From: Eledone cirrhosa
Taxonomy: Eukaryota
Reading direction: 5' to 3'
Assembly: GCA_964016885.1 (NCBI GenBank)
Contig: OZ024740.1
Coordinates: forward strand, 435,116,001 to 435,180,000
Length of the DNA: 64,000 nt
Below the pieces are notes generated by a model, which was not told where the DNA came from, did not search any database, and was given only the letters and a program-made list of their open reading frames with translations. The position numbers and the translations under genes are program-made. Shown in pieces: positions 13,464 to 28,654 of this stretch (its first letter is position 1; each line of letters opens with the position of its first letter).

Positions 13464-13807
13464 ATAACAACAAGGGTGTGGTAAGATACCAGGTGGACCA
13501 TAGTTCAGATCTCGCTGTCGAAACGGCCGAAGCTCAGCCGTCGGGGTCCTCACTCTTTTCCTATATATATATGATAAAGAAATGAATAAAAGAACCATTA
13601 TTTATTCAGAAATTAAAATGAAAACGCCAGAATATAATATAAATTAAAGTATTTCCTGTTGTAGAGGAAAGATATATTGAAGTATGTAAACAAACACATG
13701 TTGTCAAGTGTAAAATAGTAAATACCACTTTAAATAAGCTACATTGTCCCTCTTGTACCCTCTGTGGTCTTCTCTACAATATAGGTTACTGTACCACCTC
13801 TACAATA

Positions 13808-14097
13808 TAGACCACCACCTCTCCTCCGCATAGACCCCCACCTCCCCTCCGCATAGACCCCCACCTCCCCTCCGCATAGACCCCCACCTCCCCTCCGCAT
13901 AGACCCACCACCTCCCCTCCGCATAGGCCCACCACCTCCCCTCCGCATAGACCCCCACCTCCCCTCCGCATAGACCCCCACCTCCCCTCTGCATAGACCC
14001 CCACCTCCCCTCCACATAGACCCCCACCTCCCCTCCACATAGACCACCACCTCCCCTCCACATAGACCACCACCTCCCCTCAATATAGGCCCACCAC
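13808..14097. repeat. ~21-bp minisatellite CCACCTCCCCTCCGCATAGAC(C)
   Basis: Tandem repetition. Confidence 0.9.
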
Positions 14098-14159
14098 TAT
14101 TATGTTCCTACTAAAAAAAAACTTTCACTGTTGCTAACCCCACCCCGACTCAAACACAC

Positions 14160-14322
14160 ACACACACTGACATCCACCCATACACATACATACACTGACA
14201 TCCACACATACATTGACATCCACATACACACACTGACATCCACATCCACACATACATTGACATCCACAGACACACATTGACATCCACATACACATACATA
14301 CATTGACATCCACCGACTGACA
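14160..14322. repeat. CA-rich minisatellite (ACA(C/T)TGACATCCAC..)
   Basis: Tandem repetition. Confidence 0.8.
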
Positions 14323-14775
14323 CCCAATAATCGACTCCGATTTTGGCAACCATTTCTTCCCTCACAACAATGTCGATAAGATGACACAGACGTCTGTTAT
14401 GTGATTGATTTGTCCAGCTTCCCACTTCTCTCCACCTCAAATCAACCCCCCACCTCACATCATCAACCCTCCCCCACCTTAAGAGGAACCGATCAGTAAT
14501 AAAATCTTTCGTCAGTAACTACCGAACCTAACTGTCCCACAGTTCTCCCATTCGTATTTAAACAGCTGATATTTCTCTCTTATCATAAACACCATGTCTC
14601 TCCTTACACACAACAAGTCGATCTAGTTTGATGAAGTCGGGTCTAATAAGCTAGAGTAGTAGAGATAAACTGGTAATCCAGTTTATCAACAACTTTCTCA
14701 CATCCTTCCAGTCCCTCCACATTACTGTTTACATTTGGGGTTGTTCTCTCTTTCACCCCTCCCACTCACACACTG

Positions 14776-14807
<32 letters not shown>

Positions 14808-15740
14808 CGTTTCTGAATTTGTTTAGCAAGATTCTTTATTTGAAAACATGTGTTGAAACCGATATTGTTATACTTTGGGAGGGTCATGTTGCCAATAAGA
14901 AACACACGCACCAGTTGTTTCACTCCAATTTATTATAAATAAAAAAATAAAAAAATAAATAAAGTTTATAAATTTCCGGTTGATTGGTTGGTTCCACAAC
15001 CGGACGGTTGTTCATATATTGTCAAAGTTCTTTCGTCACACATTCTGTGACCTCTTCAGTGACTGGGGATTATTTTCTTTGTTTTGTGCCTCTCCTTTGT
15101 TCTGTCCTACGCCATCTTGTTTTTGTGTGTGTTGTCAACAGGTCGCCAGTTGGTGCTACTGGTAATATGTATCCCAGTACAACCTGTCTCATGGTCGGGT
15201 CGTTGGCGACTAAACTGGCAACCCCACCAAGGTTTCTTGGTGAGGAGGGTGACTGGACATCCTGCAGGACTAAAATCAAAACCTGTCAAAGAGCCAAGGA
15301 GCTCTTAAGAGTCAATGCCCATCCAAAATCACGGGGAGAGATGACCCCTTAGCCTTTCTCAAGTCAGAATTCTAGGAGAAGGAAAACTCTGATATAACAC
15401 CTGCAACCCTGATGGTATCCAATGATGTTGACTTGTTCTTCTTTTTGGTAAATATCATCTTGGTTAAGAGAGTGGGACTGGCTTTGTGCAGTGCCTTTGC
15501 TCACTATAAAAGCTTCACGGCACAGGCATTGGTTTGTATCTGGAGATCTCTCTGCATTTGTCGTCACATGGTACCATGGGCCAAGCACTATGTGTCAAAA
15601 ATTGTCACAAGTGTAGTGTTTGAACCAGAGTTTTCAAGTAGCTGGCTGGACTAAAAAGTCACACTCGTTCAGCGCATCGGTAGGGGTTCTTCTACATGGA
15701 TATAAAGTAGTGGCCGTACTCGAAAACGAGTTGGCAGCCA

Positions 15741-16874
<1,134 letters not shown>

Positions 16875-17070
16875 AGTGAGTTTTTTTTTTTTTACAAAAT
16901 GAAAAATAACCGAGGTGTCCTACACGAGTGAAAGTATAAAGAAAAAAAGATAAAATCGAAAATGCAACTGGAGTCTTATTTTTAAAAAAATATATATGGT
17001 GCCCCAGCATGGCCTCAGCCGGATGGCTGAAACGGGTAAACGAGTAAAAGAGTATATATTTATTTGGTTC

Positions 17071-17106
17071 CTTTACCGGTTTCGCAGTTCTTCTGCTTTT
17101 CAAAAG
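17071..17106 (-). ncRNA. Minimal hammerhead motif, U3:A8 variant core
   Basis: Minus strand: CUU UUGAAAA GCAG-AAGAA-CUGC GAAA CCGG UA AAG. Confidence 0.6.
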
Positions 17107-17154
17107 TAGAGTTGAGATGGAGGGTCTGTGGTTTTTCTCACATCTGAATTAATT

Positions 17155-17284
17155 CTGAAGACAGCATATATATGTGTAGGTATGTATATTTCCTCTGATA
17201 GTTTGTAAGATTTTTACATAGATCTATATAATATACATACCAACACACATATATATATCCTAGAAACGATCGTAAAGTGATGAA
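17155..17284 (+). ncRNA. Hammerhead motif with long stem II; 5' strand of stem I missing or degenerate
   Basis: CUGAAGA ... GAAA CGAUCG UA; homologous to 24234-24380; partial inverted copy at 17567-17674. Confidence 0.45.
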
Positions 17285-17334
17285 TTTTTTAATATAAGGA
17301 ATTGTTTCTTTGTTTTTATTCATTGTTTTTATTA

Positions 17335-17402
<68 letters not shown>

Positions 17403-17457
17403 ATATATATATATATGTTTATATATATATGTGTATATATATATATATGTTTATATA

Positions 17458-17530
<73 letters not shown>

Positions 17531-17671
17531 ATATATATATATATGTTTATATATATATGTGTATATATTCCTTATATTAAAAAATTCATCACTTTACGAT
17601 CGTTTCTAGGATATATATATGTGTGTTGGTATGTATATTATATAGATCTATGTAAAAATCTTACAAACTAT

Positions 17672-19114
17672 CAGGGCTCTGTTCTCAGTCCACTACTATT
17701 TATTATTGCCCTTCAGGCTATAACAGAGGAGTTCAAGACAGGCTGCCCATGGGAACTCCTATACGCAGACGACCTGACACTCATAGCGGAATCAATGGCC
17801 GAGCTAGAGAAGAAATTCCAAACATGGAAGCACGGCCTAGAGTCAAAAGGACTTAAAATTAACCTGGCTAAGACCAAAGTACTAGTTTGTAGGAAAGAAA
17901 ACAAGGCGGCGGTCCCTTCTGGGAAATGGTCGTGCTCGGTGTGTAGGAAAGGCGTAGGTAGAAACTCCATTTTATGTCCTAAATGCAAAGTATGGGTGCA
18001 TAAAAGATGTAGTGGGATCACAGGTAAGCTAACTAAGAACATAGATTTTACATGTGGCCGGTGCTCTGGTGCAATAAGTAGCAGCAAGTGCCCACAAACT
18101 ACTAGCTCTTTCAATTGCGCAGAGGGTTCTATAGAAATAGTGGACAGCTTCCGTTACCTGGGCGATAAAATCAGCAGTGGGGGAGGGTGCTCTGAAAGTA
18201 CTGTAGCTAGAGTCAGAACTGGTTGGAAAAAGTTCAGAGAGCTTATACCACTATTAGCTGCTAAAGGGTTCTCACTAAAAATGAAAGGCAGGTTGTACGA
18301 TGCCTGCATACGAACAGCAATGCTGCATGGCAGTGAGACTTGGGCATTGTGTGCAGAGGATATACGCAGACTAGAGAGGAACGAAGCTTGCATGCTCCGC
18401 TGGATGTGTAACAGTAATATACGTGAACGGCAAAGCATAAACGAACTAAGGAATAAATTAGAGATAAGAGGGATCAGATGTTGTTTACTCGAGAGAAGGC
18501 TACGTTGGTATGGACACGTGATGCGCATGAAAGTCGATAGCTGTATAACAAAGTGCAGGGCAATAAAGATAGACGGTAGTCACGGAATAGGCAGACCTAG
18601 AAAAACCTGGGACGAGCTGATAAACTCCGACATCACACACTTACACCTCTCCAAGACAATGTCACTGGACCGAGACCTTTGGCGGTACTCAGTAACAGAG
18701 AAGACCCGCCTTACCTAAATATATAGTAAAACCTACTCCAGCCAGTAGGCATCTCTAACAAAATACACCCCGTCCCACCACCCCCACCCCCACCCGATCC
18801 ACACCACCCCGTTCTATGTAAAGTTATGTTGGTGCCGCGCCATCGAGGCCGAAACAAATGAGATCGTGTAGGTGTCACGACAAAAAAACACACAGTCCAC
18901 GCTGTAATGTGGCCGTGTAGGCAACACGGTAAAAACCTCCCAGACCCACACTGTAAATGTGGTTGGTGTTAGGAAGGGCATCCAACTGTAGAAAACCTGC
19001 CAGACAGTCCTATGCGAGCAAGACAATCACTCTTGCCTCAAGTGGGACTACCCCCGTCCAAACCCATGCAAGCGTGGAACACGGACGTTAAACGTTGATG
19101 ATGATGATGATGAT
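17672..19114 (+). mobile_element. RTE subfamily B, 5'-truncated, open frame
   Basis: QGSVLSP, YADD, C4HC3 finger, RLRWYGHV, stop at 18718, (GAT)n tail. Confidence 0.92.
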
Positions 19115-19124
19115 ATATGTGTGT

Positions 19125-20563
19125 ATCATCATCATCATCCCCGTTTTACGTCCGTTCTTCCACGCTAGCATGGGTTAGACGGGTTGTCCTGTTGTGGGCA
19201 GTGTCTGGTCGGCTGACCATGCCTTGCTCATACAGGAACTGATCTGGCTTGATTTCTACAGCTGGATGCCCTTCCTAACACCAACCTCATTTACAGTGAG
19301 TGCTGGGTGCTTTTCGTGGCGCCTACACGTCCACTTTACAGTGTGGGCTGGGTGCTTTTTTGCCGTGGCACCTCCACGACCACCTTGCGGTGGGGGGGTG
19401 TGGGGGCATATTTCTATATGCTTCAGCTTGTACCCATGGGAGGTCGGGTACTCTGTATTACTGCGTGACGCCAGAAGTCACGGTTGTGTGTCATTGTCTT
19501 TGAGAGGTGTAATTGGGTAAGGTCGGCTTTTATCACCTCATCCCAGGTCATCTTGGGTCTCCCCACTTTGCGGTTTCCATCAACTTCTAGTGCTCTGCAC
19601 CTTTTTATGCAGCTGTCATCCTTCATACGCATCACATGTCCATACCAGCGCAACCGCCTCTCCTGCACACAGCATTTGATTCCTCTTATGCTCAGTCTCT
19701 CTCTCAATTCATTTATGCTTTGTCGTTCTCGTATATTACTGTTACACATCCATCGGAGCATGCAGGCTTCATTTCTCTCTAATCTACGTAAGTCTTCCAC
19801 CTTCAGCGCCCAGGTCTCACTACCATGCAACATCGCTGTTCGGATACACGCATCATACAGTCTGCCTTTCATTCTGAGGGAGAAGCCTTTTGCAGCTAGC
19901 AGTGGTAGTAGTTCCCTAAACTTCTTCCATCCCGTTCTTACCCTAGTTATTGTACTTTCTGAACACCCACCTCCGCTGCTAATTCGGTCACCTAGGTAGC
20001 AGAAGCTGTCTACTGTTTCTACAGAGCCCACCCAGAGATTGGTGGTACTTGTTTCCTGTGGCTGTTTGCTGCTTGCTGTCTCAGCACAGCTGCTGCATGT
20101 GAATCCTACATTCTTAATTAAGCTTCCTGAGATCCTGCTACATCTCTTGTGTACCCACTGTTTGCATTAGGGGCAGAGAATGGAGTTCCTACCTACACCT
20201 TTCCTACATACTGAGCAAGGCCATTTTCCTGAGGGGATCTGGGTTCTGTTTTCTCGTCTACTTACAAGGACCTTAGTCTTTGTCATGTTGACTTTGAGAC
20301 CCTTTCTTTCTAGTCCCTGCTTCCAAGTTTGGAATTTATTCTCTAGTTCTACCATAGATTCAGCTATGAGTGCGAGGTCATCAGCATACAGGAGTTCCCA
20401 TGGGCATCCGGTCTTAAACTCCTCCGTTATTGCCTGCAGGACTATGATGAACAGGAGAGGGCTAAGAACAGAGCCCTGGTGGACCCCGACCTGTACGCTA
20501 AATTCCTCGCTATACTCATTGCTAATCCTAACTTTGCTGACTGCTCCCCTATACATGGCTTGT
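19125..20563 (-). mobile_element. RTE subfamily A, 5'-truncated
   Basis: QAMYRG...HQGSVLSP...YADD...RWYGHV on the minus strand, 3' UTR like 9150-9466. Confidence 0.92.
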
Positions 20564-20580
20564 ATATATATATATATATA

Positions 20581-21007
20581 CACATTAAAAGGAAATTGTC
20601 TTGTTAACAACATTAAAGGAAATTGTCTTGTTAACAACATAGTTTATAAATGTAAAGTTAAAACTAAAGATTCTATTTGCTCATATATAGGAGCTACTTC
20701 TAACAATTTTAAGGTAAGGTTTAATACCCACAAACATAGTTTTAAAAATGCCGCACTGGCTAATACAACATCTCTAGCAGAAAAAATTAATAGTTATAGA
20801 AATAAGAATATAGAATATGATATGACCTGGAGTGTGCTCAAAAGAGCCACCCCTTATCAAAATAATAGAAATGAATGTAGATTATGTTCCCAAGAACTAT
20901 TTGAAATAATGAAATCTAAGGATATCCTATTAAATAAGCGACAGGAATTAATTATATCGTGTAATCATAAACTGAGAAAAACATTTAAATATTATAAACC
21001 TAATTAA
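20581..21007 (+). pseudogene. Penelope-like element C-terminal GIY-YIG endonuclease fragment
   Basis: GNCLVNNIVYKCKV...SYIGAT.N.FK.RF..HK.SF...C.LC..E...LLNKRQE....C.H is a PLE GIY-YIG signature; 5'-truncated in (TA)n with a ~29-bp duplicated start. Confidence 0.85.
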
Positions 21008-21860
21008 TAATATATAATTTAGAAATTAATATATAATTTAATTTAAATGTAGTTAACCTATAAATTTAATTTAATTAAAATTCTACTACAGATGAGATTA
21101 TAAAATATTGTGTAATCATAAATTGTGAAAAACTTTTAAATATTATTAACATAATTAATATATACTTTGTAAATTAATTTATAGATTAATTTTAGTTTAT
21201 TTAACCTTTTATTAAAATTCCTTTACAGATGAAATATAACAAAATATCGTGTAATCAATAACAGAGAAATATTTTTTAATATTATAAACCTAATTAATGT
21301 ACAATTTAGAAATTTATTTATAAATTAATTTTAATTTAGTTAACCTATAATTTTAATTTAATTAGCTTAAAATTAAAATTCTAATACAGATGGATTGCAG
21401 AATATCATGTAATCATAAACTGAGATAAATTTTTAAATATATACCTAATTAATATATTCTTTACAATTAAATATATATATATATATATTAATTTTAATTA
21501 ACCTATAATTATATTCTACTATAGATAAAATACAAAATCTGCTTTAATTATTATAAACCTAATTAACATATACTATAGAAATTAATATATAATTTTTAAT
21601 TTAGTTAACCTATAATTTATATTCTACTACCGATGAAATACTTGATTTGGTTTTCCCTATTACTAAATTCATTCCCTAATATTGATACCATAATGTTAAT
21701 ATTTTTAATTTAGTTATGCTATAATTAATACTCTACTACTGTTTAACTTCAAAATTCCGCTTCAAATATTATAAACCTAAGTAGTATACACCTTAGAAAT
21801 CAATATATTAACTATTTTTAATTTAGTTAACCTATAATTAATAGTCTACTTATATTAAAA
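20950..21860 (+). repeat. AT-rich degenerate tandem repeats of the PLE ORF end and 3' flank
   Basis: Recurrent GTGTAATCATAAA..TATTATAAACCTAATTAA..TTAGTTAACCTATAA..TTCTACTAC. Confidence 0.7.
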
Positions 21861-22128
21861 TGTATAATTTTGCCTTCTTTCTTACATTTCCTAATACTGA
21901 AACTACTATGTAAACACATATTATAATCTAAATGCAGATTAATATTCTATGTTCCTTGAAACCTATATTTACTATTTCCCACTAATAATTCTAATCCCCC
22001 CCCCCCCATATAATTATTTGTATTTGTAAGCGTGGATGTATGTATGTGTATGTAAGTAGATATGTATGTTTGGGTGTTTGTATGTGAGTATAAAAATACA
22101 TATGTGCGCATGTAAATAAGTATGTATG

Positions 22129-22163
<35 letters not shown>

Positions 22164-22350
22164 ATGTATATATATGTATATATATGTATATATATGTGTA
22201 TATATATGTCTCTATATATATATGTGTGTATGTATATATGTATGTGTGCGTGTGTATGTGTGTATATATATTTGTAGAGATGTGTGTATGTATATATATA
22301 TATGTGTGCATAATTGTCTGACTGTGTGTATTTATTTATTTATTTTGTTT

Positions 22351-22404
<54 letters not shown>

Positions 22405-22457
22405 ATGTATATGTGTGTGTGTATATATATTTGTGTATGTATATATTTATTTATATA

Positions 22458-22968
22458 TCATCATCATCATCATCATCATCAACGTTTAACGTCCGTGTTC
22501 CACGCTTGCATGGGTTTGGACGGGGGTAGTCCCACTTGAGGCAAGAGTGATTGTCTTGCTCGCATAGGACTGTCTGGCAGGTTTTCTACAGTTGGATGCC
22601 CTTCCTAACACCAACCACATTTACAGTGTGGGTCTGGGAGGTTTTTACCGTGTTGCCTACACGGCCACATTACAGCGTGGACTGTGTGTTTTTTTGTCGT
22701 GACACCTACACGATCTCGTTTCGGCCTCGATGGCGCGGCACCAACATAACTTTACATAGAACGGGGTGGTGTGGATGGGGTGGGGGTGGTGGTGGTGGGA
22801 CGGGGTGTCTTTTGTTAGAGATGCCTACTGGCTGGAGTAGGTTTTACTATATATTTAGGTAAGGCGGGTCTTCTCTGTTACTGAGTACCGCCAAAGGTCT
22901 CGGTCCAGTGACATTGTCTTGGAGAGGTGTAAGTGTGTGATGTCGGAGTTTATCAGCTCGTCCCAGGT
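22458..22968 (-). mobile_element. RTE subfamily B 3' fragment
   Basis: Near-identical reverse complement of ~18603-19114. Confidence 0.88.
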
Positions 22969-23159
22969 TTTATATATATATATATGTATATGTGTGTATG
23001 TATATCTCTTTATTTATGTATGTCTGAGTTGTGTGAGCGTGTGGTTGTATGTGTATATACATGCATAGATATGTGTATGTGTGTGTATATATACGTATAT
23101 GTATGTGTGTGTGTGTGTGTATATATATGTGTGTGTATGTATATATATATATATATATA

Positions 23160-23316
23160 TGTGGTTGGTGTTAGGAAGGGCATCCAACTGTAGAAAACCT
23201 GCCAGACAGTCCTATGCGAGCAAGACAATCACTCTTGCCTCAAGTGGGAAAACCCCCGTCCAAACCCATGCAAGCGTGGAACACGGACGTTAAACGTTGA
23301 TGATGATGATGATGAT
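23160..23316 (+). mobile_element. RTE-B terminal ~155-bp fragment
   Basis: GTGGTTGGTGTTAGGAAGGGCATCC...GGACGTTAAACGT(TGA)n. Confidence 0.82.
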
Positions 23317-23497
23317 GTGTGTGTATGTATATATATGTATTTGTATGTATCTGTGTATGTGTATGTACATATATGTGTATATATATATGTGTGTTGTGAA
23401 TATATGTATATATATTGTGTGTATGTATATGTGTCTATGTATTTATATATGTATGTGTATGTGTCTCTATATATATGTGTATGTATATATATGTATA

Positions 23498-23556
<59 letters not shown>

Positions 23557-23797
23557 GTATATATATATATCGGTGTGTATTCTATGTATGAGTATATATT
23601 TTACTTGTTTATATTTTTTTTTTATATATTTCTTTTTATTTCTAAAATTATAGATACATTTTATAAATAGGCAGTTGTCTGACACCCTTAGTAATTACTG
23701 ACCCCCTTTACCTACTCTGCATCTAGATGTAAATATATGTGTGGCAGTGTTTATGTGTGCGCCTTAATATCCATATAGTTATAATAATAGTATATAC

Positions 23798-23881
<84 letters not shown>

Positions 23882-24233
23882 TCGTGGGTATGTGTATGTT
23901 TATGTGTATATGCGCGTGTGTGTGTGAATGTATGTATATGTGTGTATATATGAATGTATATATGTTTATATACGTATGTGTATTTTATCTGTAGATTATA
24001 AACATACAGAGACATTAGCCCTGGATTTTTGTATTTACATACATTTTTTCGGCATGCGTATGCATGTGAACATATATTTTTATGCATATCTGTGAACGAA
24101 GTTACTTACATATATACACACACCTAACTGTATTTTCTTGATATATTTTTGTGTATTTCATTGGTCAATTTGAACTCTGTTCCCAAACAGACCTGTAATT
24201 TTGAATTGTTGTTATTATCAATAAATATATTTC

Positions 24234-24380
24234 ATTATTTCTGAAGACGGCATATGTATGTGTTGGTATGTATATTATATTTGATAGTTTGTATAATTTT
24301 GTATAATTTTGTATATAGATCTGTTGAATATGCATGCCAATTCTAACACATATATGTCCTAGAAACGATCGTTAAATAAT
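24234..24380 (+). ncRNA. Type I hammerhead motif with ~115-nt stem II domain
   Basis: AUUAUUU CUGAAGA C GGCAUAUGUAUGUGUUGG...AACACAUAUAUGUC CUA GAAA CGAUCG UU AAAUAAU; perfect 7-bp stem I, palindromic ACGAUCGU. Confidence 0.62.
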
Positions 24381-24692
24381 AACTTTTTTTGTTTAATATA
24401 AGGAACTGTTTCATTGTTTTATTCATTATTTTTTTAATACTTTATATATACACATATATATATATATATATATATATGTGTATATATATATGTGTATATA
24501 TATATATATATGTGTGTGTATATATATATATGTGTATATATATGTGTGTATATATATAAATATGTGTATATATATATATATGTGTATATATATATATGTG
24601 TGTATATATATATATGTGTATATATATATATATGTGTGTGTATATATATATATATATATGTGTGTATACATATATATATGTGTATATATATA

Positions 24693-24744
<52 letters not shown>

Positions 24745-24796
24745 TATATTAATGAAAAAGAACAAAGGAACTATTATGACATTATAACAAGTTTAT

Positions 24797-24843
24797 TGCC
24801 GACAGCCGTTTCGTCCGACCCCATGGTGGGAGTTTTCAAGGCA
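24797..24843 (-). ncRNA. Hammerhead motif (U3:A8), mismatch at base of stem II
   Basis: UGCC UUGAAAA CUCC..GGAC GAAA CGGCUG UC GGCA. Confidence 0.5.
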
Positions 24844-25556
24844 TATAACAGGTGATTGTAAGTTCATTATTTACATCAACGTTTCACTCAAGATTAGCAG
24901 TTTGAAATCGTGGTATACATCAACAGCTCCGCTTGTATATTTGGGGTCTATATTCTAAGGGGGCTCTTTTATATTAGTTGTAGGAGTTGTAAAAGGGATG
25001 GGTTATAGGGAGTTAAGAGAATTTGAAAAGGGCCTAAGAGTTAGGGATTGAAGGTTAAAAATTAAAGAATTTATAAGTTACGCATTAAAAGTAAAAGACT
25101 TGGGATCTCGTAAAAGCACCTTAAAAAATCCATCAATAAGCGCATAAAGCTTATAAGCCCCAATAAACCTAACAAAATGAAAAATAACCGGTGTCCTACA
25201 CGAGTGAAAGTATAAGGAAAAAAAGATGAAATCGAAAATGCAACTGGAGTCTTATTTTTAAAAAATATATATTTTTTTTTTTATTTTTTATTATTTTATT
25301 TATTTTTTTATTTTTATTCTCTTAATCTCTTCTGGTTTGTTAGGTTTATAAGCTTTATGCGTTTAGGCCCTTTTCAAATTCTCTTAACTCCCTATAACCC
25401 ATCCCTTTTACAACTCCTACAACTAATATAAAAGAGCCCCCTTAGAATATAGACCCCAAATATACAAGCGGAGCTGTTGATGTATACCACGATTTCAAAC
25501 TGCTAATCTTGAGTGAAACGTTGATGTAAATAATGAACTTACAATCACATGTTATA

Positions 25557-25603
25557 TGCCTTGAAAAGTCCCACCATGGGGTCGGACGAAACGGCTGTCG
25601 GCA
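25557..25603 (+). ncRNA. Type I hammerhead motif, U3:A8 variant, GUC site
   Basis: UGCC UUGAAAA GUCC CACCAUGGGGUC GGAC GAAA CGGCUG UC GGCA. Confidence 0.7.
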
Positions 25604-25758
25604 ATAAACTTGTTATAATGTCATAATAGTTCCTTTGTTCTTTTTCATTAATATTTCTGCTCTGCTTATACGCATAGAGCTTAACTAGCTACCGTCGCAT
25701 ATTTAGTAGGTCAGGCGTGATCATCGCGATTCACGTACGACCTACCATACATCTTGCT

Positions 25759-27467
<1,709 letters not shown>

Positions 27468-27692
27468 CATAAAACACGTATATGTATATGTATGTATATA
27501 TATATGTAAACTTTTATATGTAATAATCTCCCATTAGGTTGAGATACAAATTTAGCTGTATTGTGCTGTGCTTTCTAGCAAAAATGCCACCAGTCGTAAG
27601 CAACTACCACACCCCTTCCAACCTGACCGCGACTATGAAATGAATTTCTTGGTGCGATCACTTTGGAAAATTTAGTGTCTAGATAAGAGCGA

Positions 27693-27780
27693 GCTTCCTG
27701 ATGAATCCGGCGCTCGAGTTTATATAATTATTACATAATTATTGGAAAACTCAAAATACGGACGAAACCATGGTAGAGGT
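27693..27780 (+). ncRNA. Type I hammerhead motif with extended stem II
   Basis: GCUUC CUGAUGA A UCCG..GAGUUU..AAACUC..CGGA C GAAA CCAUGG UA GAGGU. Confidence 0.65.
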
Positions 27781-28148
27781 ATTTAAATGTATTCTATTTT
27801 CTCCTAGTTTATTTTAAACCTAATTCTGCTTAGTTGACTGTATCTCGGCGATTACGCTGTCGAAATATTCGATAAATATTCCGCTACGGCCGACGCGAAG
27901 CGCTATTTTCGGTTATTTGTCGGAGATTTCTTCATAGAAGCCTCATTCTTATAGCCTGGTCTATTCGATTTTTTATATAGTTAATTATGCTAATTGGGAG
28001 AGGAAATAGTATATATTTTATCTTGTGATTCTATAGACATGTTTTATGATATATAGCTCTGATTGTTTAATTTATTAATTTTTCATTGAGTCACAAAGTG
28101 ACCAGTTGCAAAACACGTATATGTATATGTATATATATATGTAAACTT

Positions 28149-28202
<54 letters not shown>

Positions 28203-28245
28203 ATATATATATATGTGTGTATATATATATATATATATGTGTATA

Positions 28246-28298
<53 letters not shown>

Positions 28299-28654
28299 AT
28301 ATATATATATATGTGTGTATATATATATATGTGTGTATATATATATGTGTATATATATATATATATGTGTATATATATATATGTATATATATATGTATAT
28401 GTGTGTATATATGTGTGTGTATATATGTGTGTGTGTATGTATATATATATACAATAATATATACAATATATTGTATATATACAATAATATATACAATATA
28501 TGGGAAATCTCTGGTAATGAGGTAATTATATTGTATTGATTTTTATACATTAAATTTTGCTCTGGTACTTACATAGAGCATTCTTCACTTCTATGACCTT
28601 TTCTGTTTTCAACGGAAATTTCAATACTTATATATACAATATATAGAAATACGT

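Larger units (their letters stand above)
24746..25755. mobile_element. PLE pseudo-LTR-like cassette with ~290-bp inverted repeat and two hammerheads
   Basis: Arms 24746-25038 and 25363-25654 nearly identical; embedded in (TA)n. Confidence 0.65.

Noticed and set aside
14838-14868. TTGAAAA...GAAACCGATA as a U3:A8 hammerhead
   Set aside because: No convincing stem I, II or III pairing
17393-18718. 441-aa ORF as one gene
   Set aside because: Chance fusion of microsatellite, an inverted pLTR piece and a truncated RTE
20180-21007. 275-aa ORF as one gene
   Set aside because: The N-terminal half is RTE antisense; only 20581-21007 is GIY-YIG
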